Positions 1-10,722 of a DNA stretch of 16,347 nt are shown here, piece after piece. Below the pieces are notes generated by a model. That model was not told the origin of the DNA. It ran no database searches and saw nothing but the letters and a program-made list of their open reading frames with translations. The position numbers and the translations under genes are program-made. Numbering within the stretch: the stretch's first letter is position 1; every line of letters starts with the position of its first letter. The stretch comes from Myxococcota bacterium. Its GTDB lineage: Bacteria > Myxococcota > JACRCW01. The stretch is from positions 1-16,347 of the forward strand of contig JBFMGU010000241.1 of NCBI GenBank assembly GCA_040752415.1, read 5' to 3'.

Positions 1-1
1 G

Positions 2-46
2 AAGCCCAAGGAGGAGGCCAAGCCCAAGGAGGAGGCCAAGCCCAAG
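2..46 (+). repeat. 18-bp coding tandem repeat AAGCCCAAGGAGGAGGCC (~2.5 visible copies, encodes KPKEEA)
   Basis: Copies at 2-19 and 20-37, partial copy at 38-46; may continue upstream of the window. Confidence 0.85.
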
Positions 47-574
47 CAGGCCGCCAAGGCCGACGACACCACCGGCAAGGGCGCCAAGAAGGGTGGATGG
101 AAGCCGCCCATCTGGCTGGGGCCGCTGATCATGGCCATCTCCATCCCCGCCACGCTGCTCTCCATTCCGCCGCTCATCTCCATGCTCTACGTGGGCTGGA
201 CGCGGTTCACGCCGTTCGGCTCCTGCACCGACCTGCTGACGATGGAAGGCGGCTCCCCGCGCCTGAACGTGTTTGACCCGTCCACCAACTGCGGCTCCTT
301 GTGGAGCACCGTGCTGCACTCCGGCAGCGGCGGGCTGGCCAACGCTCCCCTCGCCGTCGTGGCGGGCGTGATTGTGGCCGTGTTGTGGGTGGTGGCGGCG
401 GTGGCGCTGGTGGCCGGTGCCGCGCTCCTGGTGTGGGCGCTGCTGCCCGGCGGTGAGGACGCGGAGCCCGCTCCTGCCGCCGCGCCCGTGGAGTCCGCGC
501 CCGCGGGTGAGAGCACGGGTACCTCGACGGCTCCGACGGAGACCGGTGGCGAGGCCGCGCCCGCATCACCGTAG
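2..574 (+). CDS. 5'-truncated hypothetical membrane protein (KPKEEA repeats, 2-3 TM helices, acidic Pro/Ala tail)
   Basis: The frame of ORF 131..574 is open from position 2 (KPKEEAKPKEEAKPKQAAKADDTTGKGAKKGGWKPPIWLGPLIM...). G/C-ending codons; hydrophobic segments IWLGPLIMAISIPATLLSIPPLISMLYVGW and LAVVAGVIVAVLWVVAAVALVAGAALLVWALL; stop TAG 572-574. Confidence 0.75.
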   Translation, partial: KPKEEAKPKEEAKPKQAAKADDTTGKGAKKGGWKPPIWLGPLIMAISIPATLLSIPPLISMLYVGWTRFTPFGSCTDLLTMEGGSPRLNVFDPSTNCGSLWSTVLHSGSGGLANAPLAVVAGVIVAVLWVVAAVALVAGAALLVWALLPGGEDAEPAPAAAPVESAPAGESTGTSTAPTETGGEAAPASP

Positions 575-690
575 TCTGCACGTCGTTGGAGCGCGCTGAG
601 GCCACCTTCGCCCCGGCGCGCCCGCAGAACCCCCTTCCCGACCAGGATGCTCCGACGCCACCCGAGGGCCCGCCCCTCCCGCGGTGACGC

Positions 691-1689
691 TCAGCGCTCG
701 ACGCGGACCTGCAGGACCTTGAGATGCCGCAGCTCCGGGTGCTCCGGCGCGTGCGGAAAGTCCGGGCCGGGACCCATGATCTCCTCGAGAACCGGCGTCA
801 CGTCCGCTTCCTCCGCGGCCGTCACCACCGACCCCCACGCCGCGGTGGCGTCGACGCTGCGGGCGTTGACCCCCAGCACCAGTCGACCGCCGGAATCCGT
901 GGCCTGCAGCGAGACCACCACCGCGTCGACGAGACCACGCGTGGCCCCCTTCCCCGACGCGGGCGCCAGGCTGTGCCGCCCCTTGCTGCTGCGACCGAAG
1001 GTGGGGATGTCCGCCACCACCACGCCGTAGCGACGCCCCTGGCGCACCACCTTGGCGGTGAAGGCCAGGGCGTCGTCGACGATGAAGCGGCAGTCGCGCG
1101 GGGAGAAGCCGTTCAGCGCCACGTTGCGCGCGCTCCACGGCGCGGTCTTGGGCGCGGCATCCACCTGGTCCACGTGCACGGCACCGCCGGCCAGCGCGGC
1201 CACGGTGTAACCGCCCGCGTACGCAAAGAGGTTCAGCACGTCCTTCCCACGACTCAGCAGGCTGACGCGGGCACGCACGGCGCGCGCGTCGGGGAAGAGG
1301 CCCACGGAGATGCTGCTGTCGGCGGGACGGATCTGGAAGCCCAGGCCCTGCTCATGCGCGGTGAGCTCCTCGGGAAGCGGCTCACCCACGCGCAGCTCCG
1401 ACCCCGTGGGCGCACCGGAGGTCCCACGCACCACCGCACGCACGCTGCGGAAGCCCAGGCGCATCAGCGCCTCCGCCACGTCGGGGAGTCGTGCGCGCCA
1501 GGTCTCCTCGTAGGCCTGGGCCATGGCCACCGGGCCATAGGCGTCCACCACCAGGCCGGCGAGCCCGTCACCCACCTCGTGCGCGAGGCGATAGATGCTG
1601 GTGTTGGGCGGCAGCAGCGCCTGGCGTGCGCGCCATGCGCGTTCCAACAGGGCCGGCACGCGGCCGGAGGCGTGCGGCCTGGCGGACAT
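691..1689 (-). CDS. Class I SAM-dependent rRNA methyltransferase, RlmK/RlmI family (stand-alone, no PUA domain)
   Basis: YRLAHEVGDGLAGLVVDAYG, GLFPDAR, SAM motif DVLNLFAYAGGYTVAALAGGA, ADIPTF (DPPxF-like), C-terminal DFP...LKVL. Confidence 0.85.
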   Translation of the reverse strand: MSARPHASGRVPALLERAWRARQALLPPNTSIYRLAHEVGDGLAGLVVDAYGPVAMAQAYEETWRARLPDVAEALMRLGFRSVRAVVRGTSGAPTGSELRVGEPLPEELTAHEQGLGFQIRPADSSISVGLFPDARAVRARVSLLSRGKDVLNLFAYAGGYTVAALAGGAVHVDQVDAAPKTAPWSARNVALNGFSPRDCRFIVDDALAFTAKVVRQGRRYGVVVADIPTFGRSSKGRHSLAPASGKGATRGLVDAVVVSLQATDSGGRLVLGVNARSVDATAAWGSVVTAAEEADVTPVLEEIMGPGPDFPHAPEHPELRHLKVLQVRVER

Positions 1690-1698
1690 GGCGGGGAA

Positions 1699-2769
1699 TC
1701 AGGGGATGGGAGGAAGGATGGAGGGCGAGCGTCGGTTGTCCGCCACGCGCCTGAGAAGCTCCTGCAGCATCTCCACCGGGTCCGCGGGCAGCGGCGCGGC
1801 GGGAGCGGGCCTGGGCGCCGGCGGCGCGGCCACGACGGGCGGCGCGGGCGCAGCAGGCGGCGCCGGAGGCTTGGGCGCGCTGGGAACGGGCGGGACGGCG
1901 GCAGCCAGGGGCTGCTGCGGCGTCAGCGGTCCGGTGAACGACACCGCGGGGGCCACCGGAGCCGCCGCGGGCGCCTTGGGCGCGGGAGGCGGAGCAGGCG
2001 GGGCGAACGACGGCATGGGCGCCGCGAACGGCGACGGCGTGGGCCGGGGCGCGGCCTGCGGCGGGGCGGGGAACGGCGTGGCGGTGGGAGGCGTGGGCGC
2101 GCGGGGAGCTGGCGGCGGCGCGGCCTGAGGCGTCAGCGACGCCCCAAACGAGGGCGGAGGCCCCACCGGCGCGGGGAAGGCGCCCACGTCGTCCACGTCC
2201 ATGGCCAGGTCGACCTCGAGCCCGGTGCTGGGCACGCGCGGCTGCGCCGGCATGGCCACCGGCGGCGTGGGCTTGGTGGCGGGAAGCGGCTTGGCGTGGG
2301 CGCCATCCAGGGCCCGACCCAACGGCCCGGACTCCTGCGCCCCGGCGATGTTGGCGTTGCTGGCGTCGGCCATGGTGACCACGCGGGAGCTGGGCTGCCC
2401 GAAGCGGGCCTTGGCGTTCCGGGCCTTCATCCCCAGCAGCTCCGTCATCCGCTCGCGCGCGAGCTGGTCGTCGGGGCGGGAGGCGATGAGGGTGGCGTAC
2501 ATGTCAATGGCGTCGTCGATGCGACCTTCATTGACGGCCGCCTCCGCCTGGGCCTGGAGCGTGGTCTCCTGCGCGGGCTTGGCCGGGGCGCCCTCCGCGG
2601 GACCGGAGAGCTCATCCACGCGCTGGATGCGGCTCTGCAGCGCGGCCTGCAGTTCCGGGGGAGCGGCGGGCAGCAAGGAGGCATAGGCGGCGCGCGCCTG
2701 CGCCATCTCGCCCCGGCGGAGCATCTTGTCCGCTTCCTCCAGGCGAACCATCAGGGTCCGAGCGTCCAC
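1699..2769 (-). CDS. Hypothetical protein with TPR-like helical hairpins, long Pro/Ala-rich linker and C-terminal amphipathic helix
   Basis: EEADKMLRRGEMAQARAAYASLL and QAEAAVNEGRIDDAIDMYATLIASRPDDQLARERMTEL are TPR-like; long Pro/Ala-rich region; ends LPADPVEMLQELLRRVADNRR. GTG start at 2769 follows GGAGGAG (ORF track start 2781). Confidence 0.8.
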   Translation of the reverse strand: MDARTLMVRLEEADKMLRRGEMAQARAAYASLLPAAPPELQAALQSRIQRVDELSGPAEGAPAKPAQETTLQAQAEAAVNEGRIDDAIDMYATLIASRPDDQLARERMTELLGMKARNAKARFGQPSSRVVTMADASNANIAGAQESGPLGRALDGAHAKPLPATKPTPPVAMPAQPRVPSTGLEVDLAMDVDDVGAFPAPVGPPPSFGASLTPQAAPPPAPRAPTPPTATPFPAPPQAAPRPTPSPFAAPMPSFAPPAPPPAPKAPAAAPVAPAVSFTGPLTPQQPLAAAVPPVPSAPKPPAPPAAPAPPVVAAPPAPRPAPAAPLPADPVEMLQELLRRVADNRRSPSILPPIP

Positions 2770-2851
2770 GGCTCCTCCCACGGCGGTGAGAACCGGGCCG
2801 CTACTCTAGGCGGCCACGCTCCAGGGATGTACTTTTTTGTGGCGCTCCGCC

Positions 2852-3259
2852 TCAACGGCGGCCAGCAAGGTGGATCTTGGCGGCGTTGCGCTCCACCTCG
2901 GCGCGCAGGCGGTTGAACTCCTCCTCCGCCATGGCCTTGCCCTTGAGCCGCTCCTCCAGCGCCTTGAGGTCCTCACGCGCCTTGGCCAGGTCAATCTCGT
3001 CGGCCAGGTCCGCGGCCTCGGCCAGCACGGTGACGCGGTTCTCGCGCACCTCCGCGAAGCCGCGGCTGACCACCAGCGCGCCCGTCCCGTCCGAGCTCTG
3101 GTAGCCCAGGATGCCCGTGCCCAGCAGCGTCATGAACGGGACGTGGCCCGGCAGCACGCCGAACTCACCTTGGGCCCCCGGGGCCACCACGGCCGAGACC
3201 TTGGCGGACAGAAAGCGCCTGTCGGGGGTGACCACTTCCAGCGTGAGCTCATCAGCCAT
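2852..3259 (-). CDS. atpC: F1 ATP synthase epsilon subunit
   Basis: MADELTLEVVTPDR...PGAQGEFGVLPGHVPFMT...GFAEV...VTVLAE with C-terminal helical hairpin; ATG at 3259 preceded by AGGAG. Confidence 0.97.
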   Translation of the reverse strand: MADELTLEVVTPDRRFLSAKVSAVVAPGAQGEFGVLPGHVPFMTLLGTGILGYQSSDGTGALVVSRGFAEVRENRVTVLAEAADLADEIDLAKAREDLKALEERLKGKAMAEEEFNRLRAEVERNAAKIHLAGRR

Positions 3260-3556
3260 GGCCTTCTCCTGCGCGTCGCTTTCCCCGGCGTGGAACCGGG
3301 TGGGCATGGGCGTGCCCGTCGGTGCAGCGGTGGATGTCCGGCGTGTCCGGGCCCGCAAGCCCCAGCTGCGCCATCATCCTGGCCTGGTCCGCCCGCACCA
3401 ACGTGAGCGTCTCCAGGACCAACCCCAGCTGCGCCAGCACGGCCTCCTGCACCTTCCGGCCCTGCTCCATCTCACGGCGGAGTGTCGCCGTCTCGTCGTC
3501 ACGCAACCGCGCGCGGCTGGGGGCCGCGGTTGCGCCGGCACGTGAGCGCCGCGCCA

Positions 3557-3557
<1 letters not shown>
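3252..3557 (-). CDS. Uncharacterised ~101-aa coiled-coil protein with His-rich basic tail, inserted between atpD and atpC
   Basis: ATG at 3557 shares a base with the atpD TGA (TGATG; alternative GTG at 3560). Stop at 3252-3254 lies inside the atpC start region. The ORF fills the whole 297-bp gap, has mostly G/C-ending codons in the core and a clear heptad pattern. Confidence 0.75.
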
Positions 3558-5008
<1,451 letters not shown>

Positions 5009-5048
5009 TCACAAAGAATGAAAACAGGAGAAGAGGTGACTGAGGGGC

Positions 5049-5972
<924 letters not shown>

Positions 5973-6009
5973 GGCGGCTCCGTCGTTCCCGACTCGGTTC
6001 TAAACGCGC

Positions 6010-7557
6010 TTACTTCTCGGAGGGCTTGAAGATGCCCTTGAACTCGGTGAGCGCCTTGTCCAGGCGGGCCCGCATGGCGTCGTCGATCTTGGCCTTGGGG
6101 TTGCCGCCGATGTCCTTGAGGACGTCCGCGTGCTTGGCGGTCATGAACTCCGTCAGCTCCATCATGTAGCGCTTCACGTCGCCCACGGGGTAGTTGCGGA
6201 TCCACGTCTCCTTGGTGCCCTTCTGGACCGGCTGCGTGGCGGCGTAGATCTGCACCACCTGCTGTTCCACCGGGAGCGGGCGGTACTGGTCCTGCTTCAG
6301 CAGTTCCACCAGACGCGCACCACGGGCCAGGGTCTCCTGCGTGGCCTTGTCCAGGTCGGAGCCGAACTGCGCGAACGCCGCCAGCTCACGGTACTGGGCG
6401 AGCTCCAGCTTGAGGGTACCGGCCAGCTGCCGCATGGCCGCCACCTGCGCCGCGCCACCCACGCGGGACACGCTGATACCCACGTTGAGCGCGGGACGGA
6501 CGCCGGAGAAGAACAGGTCCGTCTCCAGGAAGATCTGGCCGTCGGTGATGCTGATGACGTTGGTGGGGATGTACGCGGACACGTCACCGGCCTGCGTCTC
6601 GATGACGGGGAGCGCGGTGAGGGAGCCGGCGCCCTGCTCGTCGGAGAGCTTGGCGGCGCGCTCCAGCAGGCGGCTGTGGAGGTAGAACACGTCGCCGGGG
6701 TACGCCTCACGGCCCGGCGGACGACGCAGCAGCAACGACAGCTGGCGGTAGGCCACGGCCTGCTTGGAGAGATCGTCGTAGATGATGAGGGCGTGCTGCT
6801 TGTTGTCGCGGAACCACTCACCAATGGTGGCGCCGGAGTACGGAGCAAAGAACTGCAGCGGCGCGGGGTCGGACGCGTTGGCGGCGACCACGACGGTGTA
6901 GGCCATGGCGCCGTACTTCTCCAGCGTGGCAACGACGTTGGCCACGGTGGACTGCTTCTGACCCACGGCGACGTAGATGCACTTCACGCCGGAGTCCTTC
7001 TGGTTGATGATCGTGTCGATGGCGACGGCGGTCTTGCCGGTCTGGCGGTCGCCGATGATGAGCTCACGCTGGCCGCGACCGATGGGGATGAGCGCGTCGA
7101 TGGCCTTGATGCCGGTCTGCAGCGGCTCATGCACGCTCTTGCGGGCAATGATGCCGGGCGCCTTCACCTCGACGAAGCGGCGCTGGTCGCTGACGATGGG
7201 GCCCTTGCCGTCCACCGGCTCACCCAGCGCGTTCACCACGCGGCCGAGCAGCGCGGGGCCCACGGGGATGTCGGCGATGCGGCCGGTGCGGCGGACGGTG
7301 TCGCCCTCCTTGACGGTGCGGTCGCTGCCCATGATGGCCACGCCCACGTTGTCCTCTTCCAGGTTGAGCACCAGGCCCTTGAGCCCGCCGTCAAACTCCA
7401 CCAGCTCACCGGCCTGCACCTTCTCCAGGCCGTAGACGCGGGCAATGCCGTCACCCACCTGCAACACCGTGCCGGTCTCCGCCACCTCGGTCTTGCGGTC
7501 ATACTCATCAATCTGCTTGCGGATGATGCGGGAAATCTCTTCAGCGCGCAGTTCCAT
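6010..7557 (-). CDS. atpA: F1 ATP synthase alpha subunit
   Basis: [10 protein letters not shown], Walker [63 protein letters not shown]. Confidence 0.99.
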   Translation of the reverse strand: MELRAEEISRIIRKQIDEYDRKTEVAETGTVLQVGDGIARVYGLEKVQAGELVEFDGGLKGLVLNLEEDNVGVAIMGSDRTVKEGDTVRRTGRIADIPVGPALLGRVVNALGEPVDGKGPIVSDQRRFVEVKAPGIIARKSVHEPLQTGIKAIDALIPIGRGQRELIIGDRQTGKTAVAIDTIINQKDSGVKCIYVAVGQKQSTVANVVATLEKYGAMAYTVVVAANASDPAPLQFFAPYSGATIGEWFRDNKQHALIIYDDLSKQAVAYRQLSLLLRRPPGREAYPGDVFYLHSRLLERAAKLSDEQGAGSLTALPVIETQAGDVSAYIPTNVISITDGQIFLETDLFFSGVRPALNVGISVSRVGGAAQVAAMRQLAGTLKLELAQYRELAAFAQFGSDLDKATQETLARGARLVELLKQDQYRPLPVEQQVVQIYAATQPVQKGTKETWIRNYPVGDVKRYMMELTEFMTAKHADVLKDIGGNPKAKIDDAMRARLDKALTEFKGIFKPSEK

Positions 7558-7580
7558 GGCTTCCTCAGGGGTGGAGACGT

Positions 7581-8153
7581 TCAGGCGTTCTGGGTGAGCT
7601 CGGCGCCAATGCGGCGCAGGTGGTTCTTCAGCGTTCCGTCAAAGACCAGGCCGCCCAGGCGGGCGCGGACACCGGCCAGCAGCGCGGGGTCCACGTTGGC
7701 GGTGACCAGCACTTCACGGCCAAGCTGGCGCTTGACGGCCTGCTCCTTGAGCGCGGCGGCAATGCCTTCCAGCTCTTCCTTGGTGAGCGGCGTAGCGCTG
7801 TGCACCTCCGCGCGCACGCGGCCCAGGCGGCGGTCCGCTTCCACGCGGAAGGCGTCGGCAATGAGCGGGAGGTAGGTGAGGCGGCCCTTGTCCACGAGCA
7901 GGTTGAGGAACAACCGGGTCAGCTGGTGGGCCTTCTTCTCGCCACCGTCGGCCACGGCCATGAGCACGGCGCGACGCTGCTCCACGCGGAAGGCGGGAGA
8001 GGCCACCACGTGGGCCAGGTCCTTGGACTTGCGGATGGCGTCGGCCAGGGCGTCCAGGTCGGCGCCCACCTCGGCCAGGGCCTTCTTCTCCTCGGCCAGC
8101 TCCAGCATGGCGCGGGCCCAGCGACGGGCAATGGGCTTCTCAAGCAGGGCCAT
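7581..8153 (-). CDS. atpH: F1 ATP synthase delta subunit
   Basis: [55 protein letters not shown]; located between b and alpha. Confidence 0.95.
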   Translation of the reverse strand: MALLEKPIARRWARAMLELAEEKKALAEVGADLDALADAIRKSKDLAHVVASPAFRVEQRRAVLMAVADGGEKKAHQLTRLFLNLLVDKGRLTYLPLIADAFRVEADRRLGRVRAEVHSATPLTKEELEGIAAALKEQAVKRQLGREVLVTANVDPALLAGVRARLGGLVFDGTLKNHLRRIGAELTQNA

Positions 8154-8156
8154 CTG

Positions 8157-8765
8157 TCAGCTCCGCAGCTCACGGATGAAGTCATCCGTCATGCGCTTGT
8201 GGTCAGGGGCGGCCAGGCGCTCACGCACCATCTTCTCCGCCATCTCCAGGGCCAGCCGCGCGGCCTCCGACTTCAGCGACTCCAGCGCGCGCTTCTCCTC
8301 GGCGGAGATGGTCAGCTGCGCGTCCTTGAGCAGGCGGTCCGCGCTGACCTTGCCGTTCTCCACCAGGCGCTCCCGCACCAGCTGGCCATTGCGGACGAAG
8401 TCCTCCTTGATGGCCGCCACCTCGGCGTCGAGCTTCTTGATGCGGTCCTCGTACTCACGCGCCTTGCGCTCGGCCTCGGCCTTGGCGGCGGCGGCCTCTT
8501 CCATGGCCTTCTTCACGCCGGTGTGACGCTGGACCAGGTAGTTGCTGAGCGGCTTCCCGGCGTAGCGGACGAGGAGGAACATGAAGACGGCGAAGTCAAA
8601 GACCATCCACCCGATGGGCGGCGCCTCCATGGACCACTTCCAGAACTCCACGTGCGGGGCGTGGCCACCGCCGTGCGCGCCTCCGCCCCCACCCGCGGCC
8701 AGCGCATCCACCGCGGGCAGCGCGGCAGCCAGGAACCCCAGGAGCCCAAGAGCCTTCTTGTTCAC
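8157..8765 (-). CDS. atpF: F0 ATP synthase subunit b with N-terminal signal-peptide-like / Gly-His extension
   Basis: TM WMVFDFAVFMFLLVRYAGKPL followed by a long charged coiled coil; GTG start overlaps the upstream b' stop (GTGA) and has SD GGAGG. Confidence 0.9.
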   Translation of the reverse strand: MNKKALGLLGFLAAALPAVDALAAGGGGGAHGGGHAPHVEFWKWSMEAPPIGWMVFDFAVFMFLLVRYAGKPLSNYLVQRHTGVKKAMEEAAAAKAEAERKAREYEDRIKKLDAEVAAIKEDFVRNGQLVRERLVENGKVSADRLLKDAQLTISAEEKRALESLKSEAARLALEMAEKMVRERLAAPDHKRMTDDFIRELRS

Positions 8766-9184
8766 GCCTGCCTCCCAAGCGCCTTCTCGACGATGACACC
8801 AGCGAGCACGCTGGCCTGGTTCTTCAGGTCACCCCGGGCGGTCTCGGACGCCTTCTGGATGCGGACCTTGGCCTCTTCAATCTGCTTGGCAGCCTGCGCG
8901 CGCGCGGCGGCAATGGCTTCCGCCTCCACCTTCTCGCCCTCGCCTTTGAGACGGTTCAGCTCGTCCTGACCGGCCTTGCGGGCGTCCGCCATGCGCTGCT
9001 CGATGACGCCGGCCTGGGAGCTGCTGGAGCTCTGGAGCGCCGCGGCTTCCTTCTGCGCGCCTTCAATCCGACGGGAGCGCTCATCCAACGTCTTCAGGAT
9101 GGGACCGAACGCCACGTTGGACAGCACGATCACCGTGAAGAGGAAGAACCCAAGCTGGAAGAGGAACGTGACGTTGAGTTCCAT
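8762..9184 (-). CDS. atpF: F0 ATP synthase subunit b' (second b-type subunit)
   Basis: MELNVTFLFQLGFFLFTVIVLSNVAFGPILKTLDERSRRIEG followed by coiled coil, ending IVEKALGR; ATG at 9184 with upstream GGAG (ORF track start 9238 is probably too long). Confidence 0.92.
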   Translation of the reverse strand: MELNVTFLFQLGFFLFTVIVLSNVAFGPILKTLDERSRRIEGAQKEAAALQSSSSSQAGVIEQRMADARKAGQDELNRLKGEGEKVEAEAIAAARAQAAKQIEEAKVRIQKASETARGDLKNQASVLAGVIVEKALGRQA

Positions 9185-9280
9185 GTTCTCGGCTCCGTGC
9201 CCGGAGGGTGCGCCGCGGTCCCCCCGTTGCACTGCCACGACGCAGACTGATTGATGACGGCGGGCTTTGAAGGGCGCGGA

Positions 9281-9309
9281 TGGGTAACGGAGGTCCCGGC
9301 GCAGGTCAA
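9281..9309 (-). promoter_or_regulatory. Candidate sigma70-type promoter of the atp operon (TTGACC-N17-TACCCA)
   Basis: Near-consensus -35 with 17-bp spacing, about 95 nt upstream of the b' start; the -10 is weak. Confidence 0.35.
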
Positions 9310-9427
9310 GGGTGTTTGACGCTGGATGTCAACGACCGGACCGTCAGGCGCGGCAATCTGTCGCACCCCGTTCCGCAGGTGCGACGGAATGCCGTCCCCG
9401 TTGCACGTGCATGCGGCAGGACGGTGC

Positions 9428-10564
9428 TCAGTTCCAACGCGGATCCGAGGCGGAGGGCTCCAGGCGCCACAGGTCGCTGAGGGGATCCGTCATGCTGTAG
9501 CCACCGAGGAGCAGGCCGGCGTGACCGGGGCCTCCGGGCAGGGCCATGGCAAAGCCCCGCGGCGAAGGGCCGGTGGCGGAGAGCGGCTGCCAGGTGCTGC
9601 GTGCGAGGTCGAAGCGCCACAGGTCGGCGTAGGCGTCGTCGGCGGTGAGGCCGTGCACGCCAAAGCCCATCAGGAACGCGCTCGCGTCGGGCTCCATGAC
9701 CATCCAGGCCACGCGTCGACCACCGGGCAGCTCGCCCTGCACCTCCGTCTCCGTCCACGTCTCGGTGTTGACGTCAAAGCGCCACACCTCCTTGTAGAAC
9801 GCGGACTGCGCGCTGCGGGACCCGCCAAAGAGCAGCATGGGCTGTCCCGGAGCCACGTGCCGGAAGACGCTGTCATAGCGTGCGTTGGGCGAATCCACGT
9901 CGAGGATGGTCCAGCTGGGGCCGGCAGCGTCATAACGCCACGTCTCCCTCCTGGACCCGGTGTACTCGGCGCCGCCGTAGAGGTACGTGGCGTTGGCGTC
10001 GGGGGAGTAGGCCATGGCGCATCCCAGTCCGCCGCCGGGCTGGCTGGTGAGCGGGATCTCCGTCCAGTCACTGGTCTCGAGGTCGAACTCCCAGGTCTCC
10101 GTGTCCAGCAGGTCCGCGGCTCTTCCCCCGACGAGAATGACCTTGTTGCGCGCGCTGTCGTACGTGGCGCAGCCGCAGTAGCGCGGCGAGGGTTGAGCCG
10201 TGGTGAGCAGCCGCGTGAACTGGGGCTCACCGCTGCGGACGTCGACGAGCCAGGTGTCATCCTGCAGCGCGCCCCCGGTGGCGTTGTAGGTGGTGCCGCC
10301 AAACAACAGCGCCTGGTGGTTGCCCAGCTCCGCGACGATGTACGCCCAGCGTCCCACCGGCCCATCACTGGGCGTGGTCAGCTGCTGCCACGTGTACACC
10401 GGCGGCTCGCCCGCGTCCGGCGCTCCGGCATCCGGTGTGTTCATACCGCCATCTTCCGTCGTCACGGCGGCATCCGTGCCTCCCGTACCCGCGTCCGACC
10501 CTTCCTGTCCCGGCGTACAGGCGTCCAACGCCATGACCAGCATCAACCCGTGCCACGCTCGCAT
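9428..10564 (-). CDS. Kelch-repeat (six-blade beta-propeller) putative lipoprotein
   Basis: ATG at 10564 after GAGGAGG. N-terminus MRAWHGLMLVMALDAC followed by a DAG-rich linker. Six Kelch-like blades (LLFGG, ILVGG, YLYGG, LLFGG, LMGFG, LLLGG), each followed by a [TVL]W-x-[VFYL]-[DE] motif. Confidence 0.85.
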   Translation of the reverse strand: MRAWHGLMLVMALDACTPGQEGSDAGTGGTDAAVTTEDGGMNTPDAGAPDAGEPPVYTWQQLTTPSDGPVGRWAYIVAELGNHQALLFGGTTYNATGGALQDDTWLVDVRSGEPQFTRLLTTAQPSPRYCGCATYDSARNKVILVGGRAADLLDTETWEFDLETSDWTEIPLTSQPGGGLGCAMAYSPDANATYLYGGAEYTGSRRETWRYDAAGPSWTILDVDSPNARYDSVFRHVAPGQPMLLFGGSRSAQSAFYKEVWRFDVNTETWTETEVQGELPGGRRVAWMVMEPDASAFLMGFGVHGLTADDAYADLWRFDLARSTWQPLSATGPSPRGFAMALPGGPGHAGLLLGGYSMTDPLSDLWRLEPSASDPRWN

Positions 10565-10722
10565 GCGACCTCCTCGACGCCACCCAACGCAACCCGCATG
10601 CCATCCGGTGCGCGCCGTTTTCCGTCGTGAACGCGTGCGTGCCAACGGGGTGTTCAACCGGGGTGATCAAAGATTGACGCCATCCGTGCCGGGCCGGCTA
10701 TGAGGCGTGAACGGGAGGGCGC

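Noticed and set aside
2833..2851. Possible intrinsic terminator after atpC
   Set aside because: The small GGCG-GAG-CGCC hairpin is followed by an A-tract, not a U-tract, on the transcribed strand.
724..2916. 730-aa plus-strand ORF
   Set aside because: Arg/Gly-rich antisense shadow of real minus-strand genes, typical of high-GC DNA.
3260..3358. 33-aa N-terminal extension of epsilon in the ORF track
   Set aside because: ATG 3259 has an AGGAG SD and gives a canonical epsilon N-terminus; the upstream bases are better explained by the inserted ORF in another frame.
9326..10630. 434-aa plus-strand ORF
   Set aside because: Shadow of the Kelch gene.
10674..10704. TTGACG...TATGAG promoter for the DUF2231 gene
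   Set aside because: 19-bp spacer and imperfect -10; not supportable without TSS data.
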